Translations under genes and position numbers: made by a program
From: Fonticula alba ATCC 38817
Lineage: Eukaryota; Protista; Nucleariida
Length of the DNA: 25,643 nucleotides
Strand: one strand, 5' to 3'
Assembly: GCA_000388065.2 (NCBI GenBank)
Contig: KB932206.1
Part shown: one piece after another, positions 1 to 10,495 of the stretch
Layout: each line of letters starts with the position of its first letter
Numbering within the stretch: position 1 is the first letter of the stretch
Notes under the pieces: generated by a model
The model's database searches: none
What the model saw: only the letters and a program-made list of their open reading frames with translations
Told to the model about the DNA's origin: nothing

Positions 1-64
1 AGAGAAAAAGAGAAAAAGAGAAAAAGAGAAAAAGAGAAAGAGAGAAAAAGAGAAAGAGAGAGAG
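1..64. repeat. AG-rich simple repeat (AGAGAAAA-type) in the gene 1 intron
   Basis: Seen directly; CT-rich on the gene 1 sense strand. Confidence 0.85.
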
Positions 65-240
65 AAGGACAGAGCATACAGACGGAAGGGAACAGGATGT
101 GAGCAACGCAGGGGACAAAAAGACGAGGGGGCAGATCAAGAAAAAGAAAAGAAAAGGCAGGAGGCCACCCCGAAAGCCCCGGGGCCAGCGGGGCGCGCGC
201 ACCCCCCCCCCCCCCCCCCCGCACACAAAGCAACACGCAC

Positions 241-2267
241 TTGATCTGCTGCTCCAGGGTGGAAAGCTGGATACGGCTGATGAGGGCACCCATGTAATGG
301 CGGAGCTGACGCTTGCGAGCCTCATGCTTGTGCATGCGGCGGTCGACATTCGGGGCCATGCGCCGGGCGAACTTGTACTTGCCCTTGACAACACGCATCG
401 AGCGCCGGGTGACATCCTCCTTCTCCTCCTCGAATTCCGAATGCTCATCCTCAATGAGAGCCTCGCGCGCATACAGCTCGGCGCCGGTCATGAACTCGTA
501 GGTGGGGTACTCCGGGTCGGCGTCCTCCGGGATCGGCGCACCGAGCAGGGCCTGGTCACGCAGGACAGTCGGGCTGTGGATCTGGAACGCGTGGTCCGGG
601 ATGCGCACCGACAGGCCCTTGTCGCTCAGGTAGATGGGAGCCACCTCGGCCCACATGTTCTGATCGCCATGCATGAAGCTGGCCCGGTCGCCGGAGCCAG
701 TGGTGCCGGTGGCGGCCGCCGAGGCACCGGCCGCCTCCGCGTCGGCGGTGGCCGCCGCGCCAGTGGCCTGGTAGAAGTCGCTCGGCAGCCGCGGCCGACG
801 GAAGAAGTGGGTCTTGAGGGTGCGCTCATTGCCGGCCTTGATCTGGGCATACTCCTGGACCAGGGCCGGGATGAAGGCAAACATGGTGCTCACCGACTGG
901 GCAAGCTCCTGCTGGTCATGCTGCTTCAGGTAGTTGCGCAGCTCGGTGTACAGCAGCGAGCGGGTGTCGAAGAAGTCGAACGTCAGGACGGTCCACTTCT
1001 GGCTGAGGAGCTCGGCCACGGCCGAGATGGCCGGCCGAAGTTGGAACAGCTGCCGCGACAGGTCCTCCACCTGGGCAGCGGCATCCTTCAGCGGCCGGGC
1101 AAACTCCGGCAGCTGCTCCATCACGGCCAGGGCCGTGGGGCCATACTGGTACTGGAAGAGGGCCGCCAGGGTGCTCGGGAGGTTGGGATGCTCGGCCAGC
1201 ATCGGGCCCAACTGCAGGGGGTTCTCCCGGTCCAGGGAGTCCAGGTACGACCGCAGGGTGCTCACCAGGGCCACGAGATCCGCCTCATGGGCCAGCTTGG
1301 TGGTGTCGCGCGAGAAGAGGAAGCGCTCGGTGTCCACGAAGGAAGACAGGACCTTGACAATGTGCCCGGCGGTGCCGACCTGGGTCGGGGTGGTGGGAGT
1401 GCTGGTCAGCTGGGCCAGGTCCTCGAGAGACGACCGGAAGGGGGCCGCCTCGTCCCCGGTGGCCGCGGCGCCCGGGAGCAAATGCCGCCGGCGCTCCAGC
1501 TCCCCGAGCAGCTGCTGGAAGTCCGCGGCAAAGCGACGCCCAGACATCGGGAACAGGGTCCGGTGCTTCTGGAAATCGAACACGAAAGGCCCCGGCAGGC
1601 GGCAACTCTCGAGGGCCCCCTCCGAGTCGTAGCCGGCATCCAGCTCATCGGAACCCAGGCCCGGGGTGATGCCATCGGACCGGAGGCCGGATTCCTCCAG
1701 GGCGGCCAGCAGGCGCGCCCGGGCCGACGATTCCGTGGAATCCTCGTCCAGGAGGTTGTCGGCGCGGGTGGCCCGGAGCGCGGCGCGAATCGACTCGAAG
1801 CCGCGATGGTTGGGGTTGGACATCATGGCCCCGATCAGGGTCATGGCCTCCTCGGAGATGTATCTATCCTTCTTCTCGTCGAACATGCCGGGGAAGCTCT
1901 GGTTGACCATGGGGCCGAGAAGATCCTCGGCCAGGTGATCGATGTCCGAGTCGTTGTCCACGGTCGCGGGCAGGGTCTCGAACTCCGGCGGGATGGCCGG
2001 CTCCTCCGGGCGCTCGGGGAAGTACGAGTTGATGGGGGTGTAGTAATGCTTGGCGCGCATGCCACGCATCATGGTCCGGACCACCGTGGTCGGGGTGGCC
2101 GTGGCCGGGGCCGCGGCGCGGGACTGCTTGTCATGCAGGCCGACGGCCGACAGGCGGGCCGCCATCCCGGCGACCGAGGGGACATGGTGGCTGGGCGCGG
2201 CCCGGAGGACGGTCCTGGCCAGGTGAGCACCCGAGGAGAACATGCTGAGTGTGGATCCGGAGTGCAT
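241..2267 (-). CDS. Uncharacterised protein with predicted mitochondrial presequence (first exon, ~675 aa; 3' exons lie left of the window)
   Basis: Stop-free minus frame antisense to the 99..2810 shadow ORF. ATG at 2267 (alternative in-frame ATG 2243): MHSGSTLSMFSSGAHLARTVLRAAPSHHVPSVAGMAARLSAVGLH..., rich in R/S/A/L with no acidic residue in the first 45 aa. Strong C/G third-position codon bias. Exon ends ...STLEQQIK AAG|gtgcgt at 241/240, followed by a pyrimidine-rich intron to the window edge. No family recognised. Confidence 0.8.
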
Positions 2268-2544
2268 GACCAGGCCGGGCGGGGAGGAGAGGGGAGGGGA
2301 GGGGGAGGGGGAGGGGGAGAGGGGGAACGGGGCGGCGACATGGCAGCGGTCGCCAGAAGGACCCAAGAGAAGCACGAGGTCAGGAGTGGGAGGGAGACAG
2401 GGGGCACGGGCGGGGAAGGGCTGGAGGAGAGCGGCAAGAGGGCAACACGAACATGGTTCGGGGGCACGAAAGCAGTGACCGACGGACTGAGTGCGATTCC
2501 CCCTGGTCGATGGGCGGCCCGGATGTGCGTGAAGGCTGGCGTGG

Positions 2545-2590
2545 GAGGAGGAGGAGGAGGAGGAGGCGGCGGCGGCGGCGGCGGCGGCGA
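2545..2590. repeat. Compound (GGA)n(GGC)n trinucleotide repeat in the divergent intergenic region
   Basis: ggaggaggaggaggaggaggcggcggcggcggcggcggcg. Confidence 0.85.
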
Positions 2591-3493
2591 GGGGAGCGAG
2601 CGAGTGGGGTCTGCCTGTGCGCGTGCGAAAGGGGGCGGCGAGGGCAGGGAAGGCAGCAGGGGGGGGGGGAGGGGGCAGGGCGGGAAGGGGCACAGGAGGG
2701 GGGGTGACACATGCCCGGCCGGGGACCACCCGCGGCAGGGAGACTCTTCTCTTTGCTGGGCCGTGGCGGAGGGCGGCGTGGGGCGTAGGGCGGGGGGGGG
2801 GCGGGATTGACCCGTGCGGGCGGCTCTCTTTCCCTCGGGTCGAATGTCTCTAACCCTCACACACGCTCCCCCCCCCCCCTAGGGGATGGGTGTGCACGGG
2901 CGTGCAAGCGGGCCCCAGTGCACGCAGGGCCGGGCGAACGCGGCCCGGCCCTGTCCGGGGGACCCTCGGCCGTGTGCAGGGCACGACCCCCCGTCCCGTC
3001 TCCGTCGACCGTGTCCCCGCCCGCCCGCCCGCCCGTTGGCGGCGCCTGCAACCAGTGCCGCCCGAGCTCGCGCCAGCGCGCGCATGCGGCCCTGACGCCC
3101 TGACCACGCTCCTCACAAGAGGAGGTTGGGGACCTGCTGGTCGCGCTCGGGGGGGGGGGGCGGGCGGGACAATCCGGAAACAGTGGTGGTCCAAATGGTA
3201 TTCCTCGAGCGGGAGCCCTCCCCGGAGAAGGGGAGTTCTGGTGTCTTGGATTTAGTTGCCAACGAATGCGGCCACGGTCTAAAAGGTGCCCCGGGGCCGG
3301 GGGCGATCGGGCCGCCCTGGCGTGTAGAGAGGGGCACTTCCCTTTTCTCCCTCTCGCCCCTCCCTCTCCTGCCCAGCTCCTCTCTCTCCCTCCCCCCTCC
3401 TCCGTTCGTGAGCCGATCGCGCCGCGCTCCCTTCCCACCCCTGACTCTCCCGCCCCCTTTGGCCACTGCGCCTCGAAGGAGATCGAAAGAAAG

Positions 3494-4390
3494 ATGGCCA
3501 TCCCCCGGCGTGGGCTGCTCGATGAGCTCCGCTCCGTGACCCGAGCCGCGACCGGGGCGGCCACACCGTCGAAGGGCCCCGCGCCGGCCGGCAACGCCAA
3601 TGACCTGGCCCCCTACACCCCGGCGTCCGATGCCTTGCTTGGGGACATTGCCAAAGTGGTGTACGAGGCCCTCCAGCCAGGCAGCGCCCTGTTGGACTTT
3701 GGCTGCGGCGATGGTCGCGTCCTGCGGGCGGTGGCCAAACACGCGGGGGCCCTCGCCGGCCATGATGTGCCCCATCTGCTGGGCGTTGAGTCCGATCCGC
3801 AGGCCGTTGCGCATGCGGTGGATCTGCTCGGCCGGCAGGCGGATCCACCGGTGCCTGCCGGGCGGGCGCATGTCTGGTGGGATGATGGCAGCCTGGATCG
3901 AGCGTCGGCCGAGGAGGGCGCCCCTGGGGCCGGGTGTGTTGGCCTCGGCGCGTGCAGCCTCTGCCAGGCGGGAGGGGCACCCTCGCCGACCCCGGCGCGC
4001 CTCCCCTGGTCGCAGATCTCGGTTGTCTTTGTGTACCTCTCGCCCAAGAGCAACCTGCAGATTCGCGAGCGTCTGGTAGCCCGGCTGCTGGGGGCCGGGC
4101 CGCCTGCGGACCGGGCCCGGACGATTGTGTCGCTGCGCTTTGGCCTCGGCGACCGGTGGCCGGCCAGCCATGTGCGCACGCTGGCCCTGATCGACCCGGT
4201 GGCCGGGGAGAAGGTCCCGCTCTATGTGTACACCGTGGACCCGGCCATTGGGCGCCTGAGCACCGGCCAGGCCTCCCCGGAGGAGCTGCTTGCCCTGGGA
4301 CCGGCGGTCGATGGGGCGGCCGCGCCGCGGAATTGGAATGCCGAAGATGAGCAGCGGGAACTGCTCCAACGCGTTCTTGGAGTCCAGTAG
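3494..4390 (+). CDS. Class I SAM-dependent methyltransferase, FAM173 (ATPSCKMT/ANTKMT)-like or prokaryotic-homologue type; 298 aa, intronless
   Basis: ATG 3494 to TAG 4390. APYTPAS pre-motif, motif I LLDFGCGDGRVL, post-I LLGVESDP, VVFVYLSPKSNLQIRERL and IVSLRFGLGDRWP match the FAM173/bacterial PYVPT...LGCGDGR...VTLYL...VVSHxF pattern. Confidence 0.8.
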   Translation: MAIPRRGLLDELRSVTRAATGAATPSKGPAPAGNANDLAPYTPASDALLGDIAKVVYEALQPGSALLDFGCGDGRVLRAVAKHAGALAGHDVPHLLGVESDPQAVAHAVDLLGRQADPPVPAGRAHVWWDDGSLDRASAEEGAPGAGCVGLGACSLCQAGGAPSPTPARLPWSQISVVFVYLSPKSNLQIRERLVARLLGAGPPADRARTIVSLRFGLGDRWPASHVRTLALIDPVAGEKVPLYVYTVDPAIGRLSTGQASPEELLALGPAVDGAAAPRNWNAEDEQRELLQRVLGVQ

Positions 4391-4728
4391 AATACATCCA
4401 GATCCACCAGATCCAGGGCCATCATTTAGGAACCCCCCGTGCGTGGGCGATGCTTTCTTTCTTTTTGCCCGCCCGCCCGCCCGGGGTGGCGAGGCCGCGC
4501 GGGGGGGGGGGGCGGTCCCCCTGCCCAGGCGGGGTGTGTGTGCGTGTGTGTGTGTGGGCGGGTGGAGGGGGAGGGGGGGCGACACGCGCGCGCGCGCGCG
4601 CCGCGCCCGCAAACGGCTGGCGGACACTGAAAAATGGGAAAATATATATACATCCATTTGGCGGGACACCCTCCGGCCGTTAGTAATTCCCATGGGGCCG
4701 GAGAGGGACGCCGAGGAGCAGTATATCT

Positions 4729-4732
<4 letters not shown>

Positions 4733-4767
<35 letters not shown>

Positions 4768-4768
4768 T
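4733..4768. repeat. (GT)n microsatellite upstream of EIF3K
   Basis: Seen directly. Confidence 0.9.
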
Positions 4769-5281
4769 GACGGTCGCATCACCACGCGTCCCCGTTTTCC
4801 CGCTTCGGGCGCACCGGGCCGGGGAGGGCTCGCGCCATGGGCGGGCTCTTCCCCCCCCCCCNNNNNNNNNNNNNNNNNNNNNNNNNNNNNNNNNNNNNNN
4901 NNNNNNNNNNNNNNNNNNNNNNNNNNNNNNNNNNNNNNNNNNNNNNNNNNNNNNNNNNNNNNNNNNNNNNNNNNNCCCCCCCCCCCCCCAGGAACGAACC
5001 CCCTCTTCGGCCCGACCCTCGGTGGTCAGGCGCCTCGGTTTTCGTCTCCCTCTCTCGCTTCCTCCCTCTGTGGGGCCCCTCTTGCGATGTCGCCGGCGCC
5101 GCTGCTAAGAGACACCCCGTTCGGGGCTGGGATCGGTGGATCCGTGCTCCCTCCTCCTCCTCCTCCTCCTCCTCGGTCGCCAGCGTTCCCCCACCTGCGC
5201 GTCTCCCCCCTCCCCTCCTTCCCGCCCCCTCGCCCGCCTTCCGTCGCGCCCCCTCCTCCCTGCCCTTCCCGCCCCGTCATC

Positions 5282-6480
5282 ATGAGCGTCCTCCCCGAGC
5301 AGATCAGCCAGCTGGAGACCAGCGTCGCCGCCCAGTTCTCCGGGGCCCAGGAGTACAACCTGTCCGAGATGATGAACCTCCTGAAGTTCTACAACTTCGA
5401 CCCGGTCGAGGTCGGCACCGAGGCCGCCAAGGCTCGCGGCCTCATCGTCGCCCGCATCATCATCAAGTCCCTGACCGTGTCGCCGCGGGCTGATGCCGCC
5501 GCCGCCTGCTACCTGCTGAGCGCCACCCTGGTGCGTAGGCTCCCGCGTCTGGCCATGGCCCTCCGGCCTTCCCCCCGCCTTCCCGCTCCCTTTCTGCTCG
5601 CCTCCGGGGACTGACCGGTCGATCTGCCCGCCCCCCTTGCTCCCTTCCGCGTCGCCCGTCCTCTCGCCTCCTCCCCCTTTCCCCATCACCACCCTACCAC
5701 CCAGCTGGAGGACGAGAACGTCCAGGCCGCCCTTACCCTGCAGGAGCAGTTCGAGTGCATCCGCCTCGATGCCTTCTGGGCCTCCGTTGCCAAGCCCGCC
5801 GTGGCGGCCCTCATCGAGCCGGTCGTCGGCTTCTTCGACAACATCCGCGACGTCATCGCCGGGGTTGTCTCCATCACTTACCAGCGCCTTTCTCTTTCTC
5901 TCTTCGGCACCCTGGTCAACCTGTCTGGTGCGTCCTCGCATGTTTGCACATGTCCGAGTCTCCGCTTTCTTTAGCAATTGGGTGATCATTTTCTGACAAC
6001 TCTTCTCTCCTCTCTCTCCTCTCTCTTCTTTTTTTCTCTCTCCTCTCTCTCTCTTCTCTCCTCTCTCTCCTCTCTCTTCTTTTTTTCTCTCTCCTCTCTT
6101 TCTCTCCTCTCTTTCTCTCTTCTCTCTCTCTTCTCTCTCTCTTCTCTCTCTCTCCTCTCTCTCTCTCTCTTCTTTATTATCTCCCCCTCTCCGCCTCCCC
6201 TGGCCAGGCGCTGAGCTCACTCAGTTCATCTCCTCCAAGGGCTGGACCGTCGAGGGCGACGTCCTGTCCCTGCCCCTCGTCCCGGAGAACACCTCCTCCG
6301 ATGGCTCGGTTGTCTCGGACAACATCCAGCTCCCTCGTGCGTGACCTGCCCCCTCCTGTTTCCCTTTTCTCTGTCCACCCCTTCCCCCCTGTTGACTGAC
6401 CGCCTCCCCCCCCCCCCGCCGGCTGTTCCAAATCCCCAGAGCTCACCAAGCTGATCACCTACGCTTCGACCTCCAACTAA
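5282..6480 (+). CDS. EIF3K: Eukaryotic translation initiation factor 3 subunit K (213 aa)
   Basis: Exons 5282-5530, 5705-5927, 6208-6336, 6440-6480; all GT-AG and phase-consistent. PEQISQLETSVAAQFSGAQEYNLSEMMNLLKFYNFDP matches the eIF3k N-terminal YDLEANLAVLKLYQFNP region; PCI-like IRDVIAGVVSITYQRLS; ends QLTKLITYASTSN*. Confidence 0.93.
6001..6175. repeat. CT-rich compound microsatellite in EIF3K intron 2
   Basis: Almost pure C/T tract with an internally repeated ctctctcctctctcttcttttttt unit. Confidence 0.9.
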
Positions 6481-6738
6481 GCGTCTGCCAGTGCCACACC
6501 GCGCGGCGCATCGCACCTCGCTCTGTCCTTTTCATTCTGTCCTTCCCTGGGTGCCCCCTACTGGCCGGCACTTCCCGTTTCTTCCCTCCCCTCCTCCCCT
6601 CCCCCCCCCCTTTCGCTGTGGATGATGTGGTCCGCTCCGTGATCCTGCTCTGTTCCATGATCTTGCTCCGGTCTCTGGACGACGCACGTGTACAACAAAT
6701 GGCCAGCTACATTATATTACACTCGGGCTCTTCCTTCA

Positions 6739-6744
6739 AATAAA
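6739..6744 (+). terminator. Candidate polyadenylation signal (AATAAA) for EIF3K
   Basis: AATAAA ~260 nt after the EIF3K stop, inside the only AT-rich island of the convergent intergenic region. Confidence 0.4.
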
Positions 6745-7054
6745 AAGTTCGTTCTCCTCCTCTCGCTCTTGCTGCGCCGCCCCTCCGTGCCACTCGCCCG
6801 GCCTCGCATCTTCGGCAGGCATCGGGGCAGGGCACTTCCATGTCCAGCCATGCCGCATGGACCGGCGGCCCCAGGCTCTCAATGGCCGAGAGTCATGTAG
6901 CGAGACAGGTAGAAAAAGGGGGCCAGGCAAAGCGAGGGGGGCCAAGAGAGAGGGAGAGCAGCCAGTCGTCTGGCCTTCATTTTCCCTTCCTTTCCCCGGC
7001 GTACGCGGATTGCCGGAAGGCCCAGACACAGGGGGCCAGGGGAGCGACATTTGC

Positions 7055-7222
7055 TCAGAGCTTGGTGCGCGGCTCACCGGCATCGTCGGTGCCTCGGCGA
7101 ATGAGAGCAATCATGTCCTGCATCGACTGCTCGATGGCGTGCTTCAGCATGAAGGCGTCGGTGTCGCCGTTGGCCTGGTTGCTGGTCACCGAGATCCAGA
7201 GCTGGGCGATTGTCGTGCCCGC

Positions 7223-7277
<55 letters not shown>

Positions 7278-8989
7278 ACCCCCCCCCGGTCGTGCAGTTG
7301 CGGTCATTGGCGATGTTTGGCATGCGGTCAGTGCTTGACACCAAGGGCGTCGCCAGCGAGTGGCAGAGGGAGAGAGGGAGAGGAGGGGAGGCGGGGGACT
7401 TTCCCTGCCCGACCCGACCGAAAGAGGGGGCCCGCCACGCAGGGGCACAATGCGGCCCCCCCCCCCCCCCGAGGGTGCTGCGGGACACAAGCCAAAGAAA
7501 GGTACACAACGCACACTGTGATCGTTCAGGCCGTAGCAAACGCCATACCCCTCGGAGTACATGGGCGCGTAGCCACCGATGGAGTACTGGGCCGGAGACA
7601 GGTTGCTGGTACTGAGGAGGAAGCGCCCGGCCAGCGCCAAGATCGAGCCATCGGCCGGGGCAAGCAGGGCCGGCACCTCGGACAGCTCTCCCTGACTAAC
7701 CAGCTCCATGGCCAGAATGCGCAGGGCCAGCATGTGCCGGTCGATGGCGGTGCCGGTGACCGTCTCGATCAGCAGACTGCGATGCCGGCGCAAGGCTGCC
7801 TCCAGGAGCTGCAGGCGGTCGGCATCGGTGGCCCCCTCGTCCAGCATGGAGAGGCAGAACTTCCGGCTAGCCAGGGTCAGCGACCGGAGGACATCCGTCC
7901 GCCCATGTAGGAAGGCCCGGGTCATGCCACTCTCATAGACGCCGGCCGGCGGCCGGAGGGGGTGCGCCCGGAGGTACGCCAGTTGGATGGTCAGCTGCAT
8001 GAAGCCGTCGGCGGACACGCGCTTCTGCCGGAGCCAGTCACTGCCGAGAAGGTTGGTCTCCAGAGCGGCGTAGCGGAAGTTCCGGGTGTACTCGTCGACT
8101 GTGGCCTTGGCGGTGGCGAGGGCCTATGTGTGTGTGTGTGTGTGTGTGTGTATGTGAGCATGAGGGTATATGTGTACCCATGTGTGCGTGCGTGCGTGCG
8201 TGCGTGCGTGCGTGTATGCGTGTGTGCCAGGCTTTTTTTTTAAATAAAAAAACGCATGTTCGAGGGGGAAATGGTGAAGGTGTTGGGCGCGGATGACAGA
8301 GGCACAGGAAGGTGGGCCACGCACCTGGGAGATGGTCTCATCGATGTTCCAGCGGAGGAGCGCCGCCAGGGCATCGGAGGTGGAGGGCTCCGTGGCGTAG
8401 ATCCGCCCCTGCGACTCGAGGGCCAGAAGCTCCTCCCTCTCCTCGCTGTGCAGAGGATGGCACGCATGTCGGCCGGGCACATGTTAGAGTGGATCAGGGC
8501 CAAGGCGCCCAAGTGGCGAGAGCCGCAACAGGCCTGTCTCGGACGCACGCGCAATTGATGTAGCTCAGGGCGTTGTGGCAGAGGCTCGGGGCGTCGAGTG
8601 GCGTATGCTCGCACGCCGCGCCGACCTCGCCATCGGCACAGACCACCAGGTTCAGCGTGTGATCACACCAGCGGTTGTGGTTGGCACCCGTGGACAGGAG
8701 CACCCGCGAGCCAAGCTCCCCGCGAGTGGCCGGAGTGTAATCCAGGTCGAAGGACACCAGGAAGAGGCAGGTCTCCACCTGGTCCAGGGACCGGGCGTTC
8801 AGGCCACCCGGGTCCCGGGCCAGGAGATGGTCCCGAGCGTCGGTCCAAGTGTCCCGGTCAGCACCGGTCAGCAGGCCGATGGCCGGCTGAGAGCGGACGC
8901 TCTGAGCGAAGGAGATGAAAGAGTGGATCTTCCTGTGGGGCGTTCCGGGAAAGACGGAGTCAGAGCATGTCCTCATGGAGCGTGCGTGC

Positions 8990-9054
<65 letters not shown>

Positions 9055-10495
9055 GAGGTTTGTCTCCCACACCGGCACGCGGTCACATGCCTCGGCATGT
9101 CCCATGTCCGCCGGAGGATACGCACTTGTAGATGTCCAGGGGGGAGATGATCTTCCGGGAGGCGTCAAAGATCTCCAGACGGAACATCTGCCCGTCGATC
9201 ATGATGATGATGTGGTTGGTATCATGGACGGAGGTCTTGCGGATGGTGTCGGACCCGGGGCCGGGGATGCGGCAATTGGCGAAGGCGGAGCGGATCTGAT
9301 TCATGCAGAGTGGCTGCTCGCGCAGGGAGTCAATCGGGACATGCTCGCTTTGGCCGGATGGGGGTGCGGCATGTGCGCACAGCCAGCCGGAGCCGAGCAT
9401 ATGCATATGGGGGCATGCATGTGTGTGTGTGTGTGTGTGTGTGTGGGTGAGCAGGAAAAAAAAGGCCACTGGGGTATGTGGTAGCGGGGGGCTCCGTTGT
9501 GCCAAACGGCAGCAAGTGAGAAGGGGAGAAGCAACTCCCATGCAGGGCGAAAGGGGGAGAAAGGGCAAAGGGCCGAGCGGAGGCGCACCGGCGGAGGAGC
9601 TCCACGAATTCGGCGCCCTTGCGGATAACCAGCGAGGCACGGGCGATCGGGCAAACTCGGCCATCAGCGGTGCCCAGGCTGGCCGGGTGCCGGGGGAAAA
9701 TGATGAACCTGCAGCAGCGGCGTATGTCGGCCGAGACACGCCCATGGATGGAAGCGAAAGGAGGGGGGGGGGGTGTCAGCAAGGGCAGGCAGGAGCAGGG
9801 AGGCAGGGAGAGGGCACGGCCGGGGCACCCAGGCAGGGTCCCCATGGTGGACGCACCAGTTCGAGGTCGTTGGCAGCGGAGTGCGCCAGATGAGGTAGGC
9901 ATACTGCAGCCACCAGTCCTCGAGCCAGGACTTGTGTTGGGCCGGATCAGCGGCCGCCTTGGCATCGATGGCCTGGGCATGGGCTTGCAGGAGCCCCTGC
10001 AGTCGTTGGCCCAGCCCACCGGGGGCAAGGAATTGCGCCACATCCCGGCGCAGGGCCGCCATCTCGGCCGTGTCGTGGCCATCGGCGTCCAGGCCGAAGG
10101 GCTCGGCGTTGATGAGGACCTACAGGCCGTCGGGGGTCATGGTCAGCATATGGGGCAGCACAGCTAGGAGCAGAAGGGCAGGCGGGCCAAAGGGCGGAAG
10201 GGAGGAAATGGGCAGAGGGTGCAGGGGGGGAATATGGGAGGACCCCAGCGCGCGCGCGCGCGCGGGGGGGGGGGGGGGGGGGCAGGGGTAGACATACACG
10301 CTGGAGAGTCTTCTCAAGGGCCGGGACCGGCAGGGGCGGCAGCGAGGCCTGGTGCTTGAAGGTGGGTGGGATCCGGCCGTCGGTCGAGGGGCCCAGGAGA
10401 AGGCGAGCCAGGTCCATGTCGATCGGCTGGCCGTTGGCCTGGCGCTCGGAGAGCTCGAACCACTTGCTGGGGGAGTTCTTGAACCAGAAGGTCAT
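7055..10495 (-). CDS. Choline/carnitine O-acyltransferase family protein (~687 aa), probably peroxisomal
   Basis: Exons 10495-10298, 10119-9857, 9708-9589, 9347-9126, 8932-8549, 8445-8325, 8123-7515, 7201-7055; all phases consistent. Motifs: SLPPLPVPALEKTL, SWLEDWW, QPLCMNQ, NRWCDH, catalytic EHTPLDAP, DGFMQLTIQLAY, YESGMTRAFLHGRT, LSTS carnitine-binding motif, EGYGVCY; C-terminus PRTKL*. Confidence 0.95.
7224..7287. repeat. Poly-C (sense poly-G) homopolymer in the last intron of the carnitine acyltransferase
   Basis: C54-A-C9 on the + strand. Confidence 0.9.
8985..9053. repeat. (GT)n/(GTGC)n microsatellite in carnitine acyltransferase intron 4
   Basis: Seen directly; similar tracts at ~8127-8225 and ~9420-9446. 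Confidence 0.9.

Noticed and set aside
99-2810. 903-aa plus-strand ORF
   Set aside because: Codon-for-codon antisense shadow of gene 1; G/R/L/Q-rich, begins in an intron and runs into intergenic repeats.
3113-4693. 526-aa minus-strand ORF and the other overlapping ORFs here
   Set aside because: GC-driven shadows of the methyltransferase; no motifs, and they cross microsatellites.
5105-6220. E/R/K-rich 'coiled-coil' ORF (EEREREERERRE...)
   Set aside because: Antisense translation of the CT microsatellite in EIF3K intron 2.
10349-10375. PTS2-like RIPPTFKHQ near the carnitine acyltransferase N-terminus
   Set aside because: The ninth residue is Q rather than L/A/F, and the segment is part of the conserved TFxxQxxLPxLPVP start of the fold.
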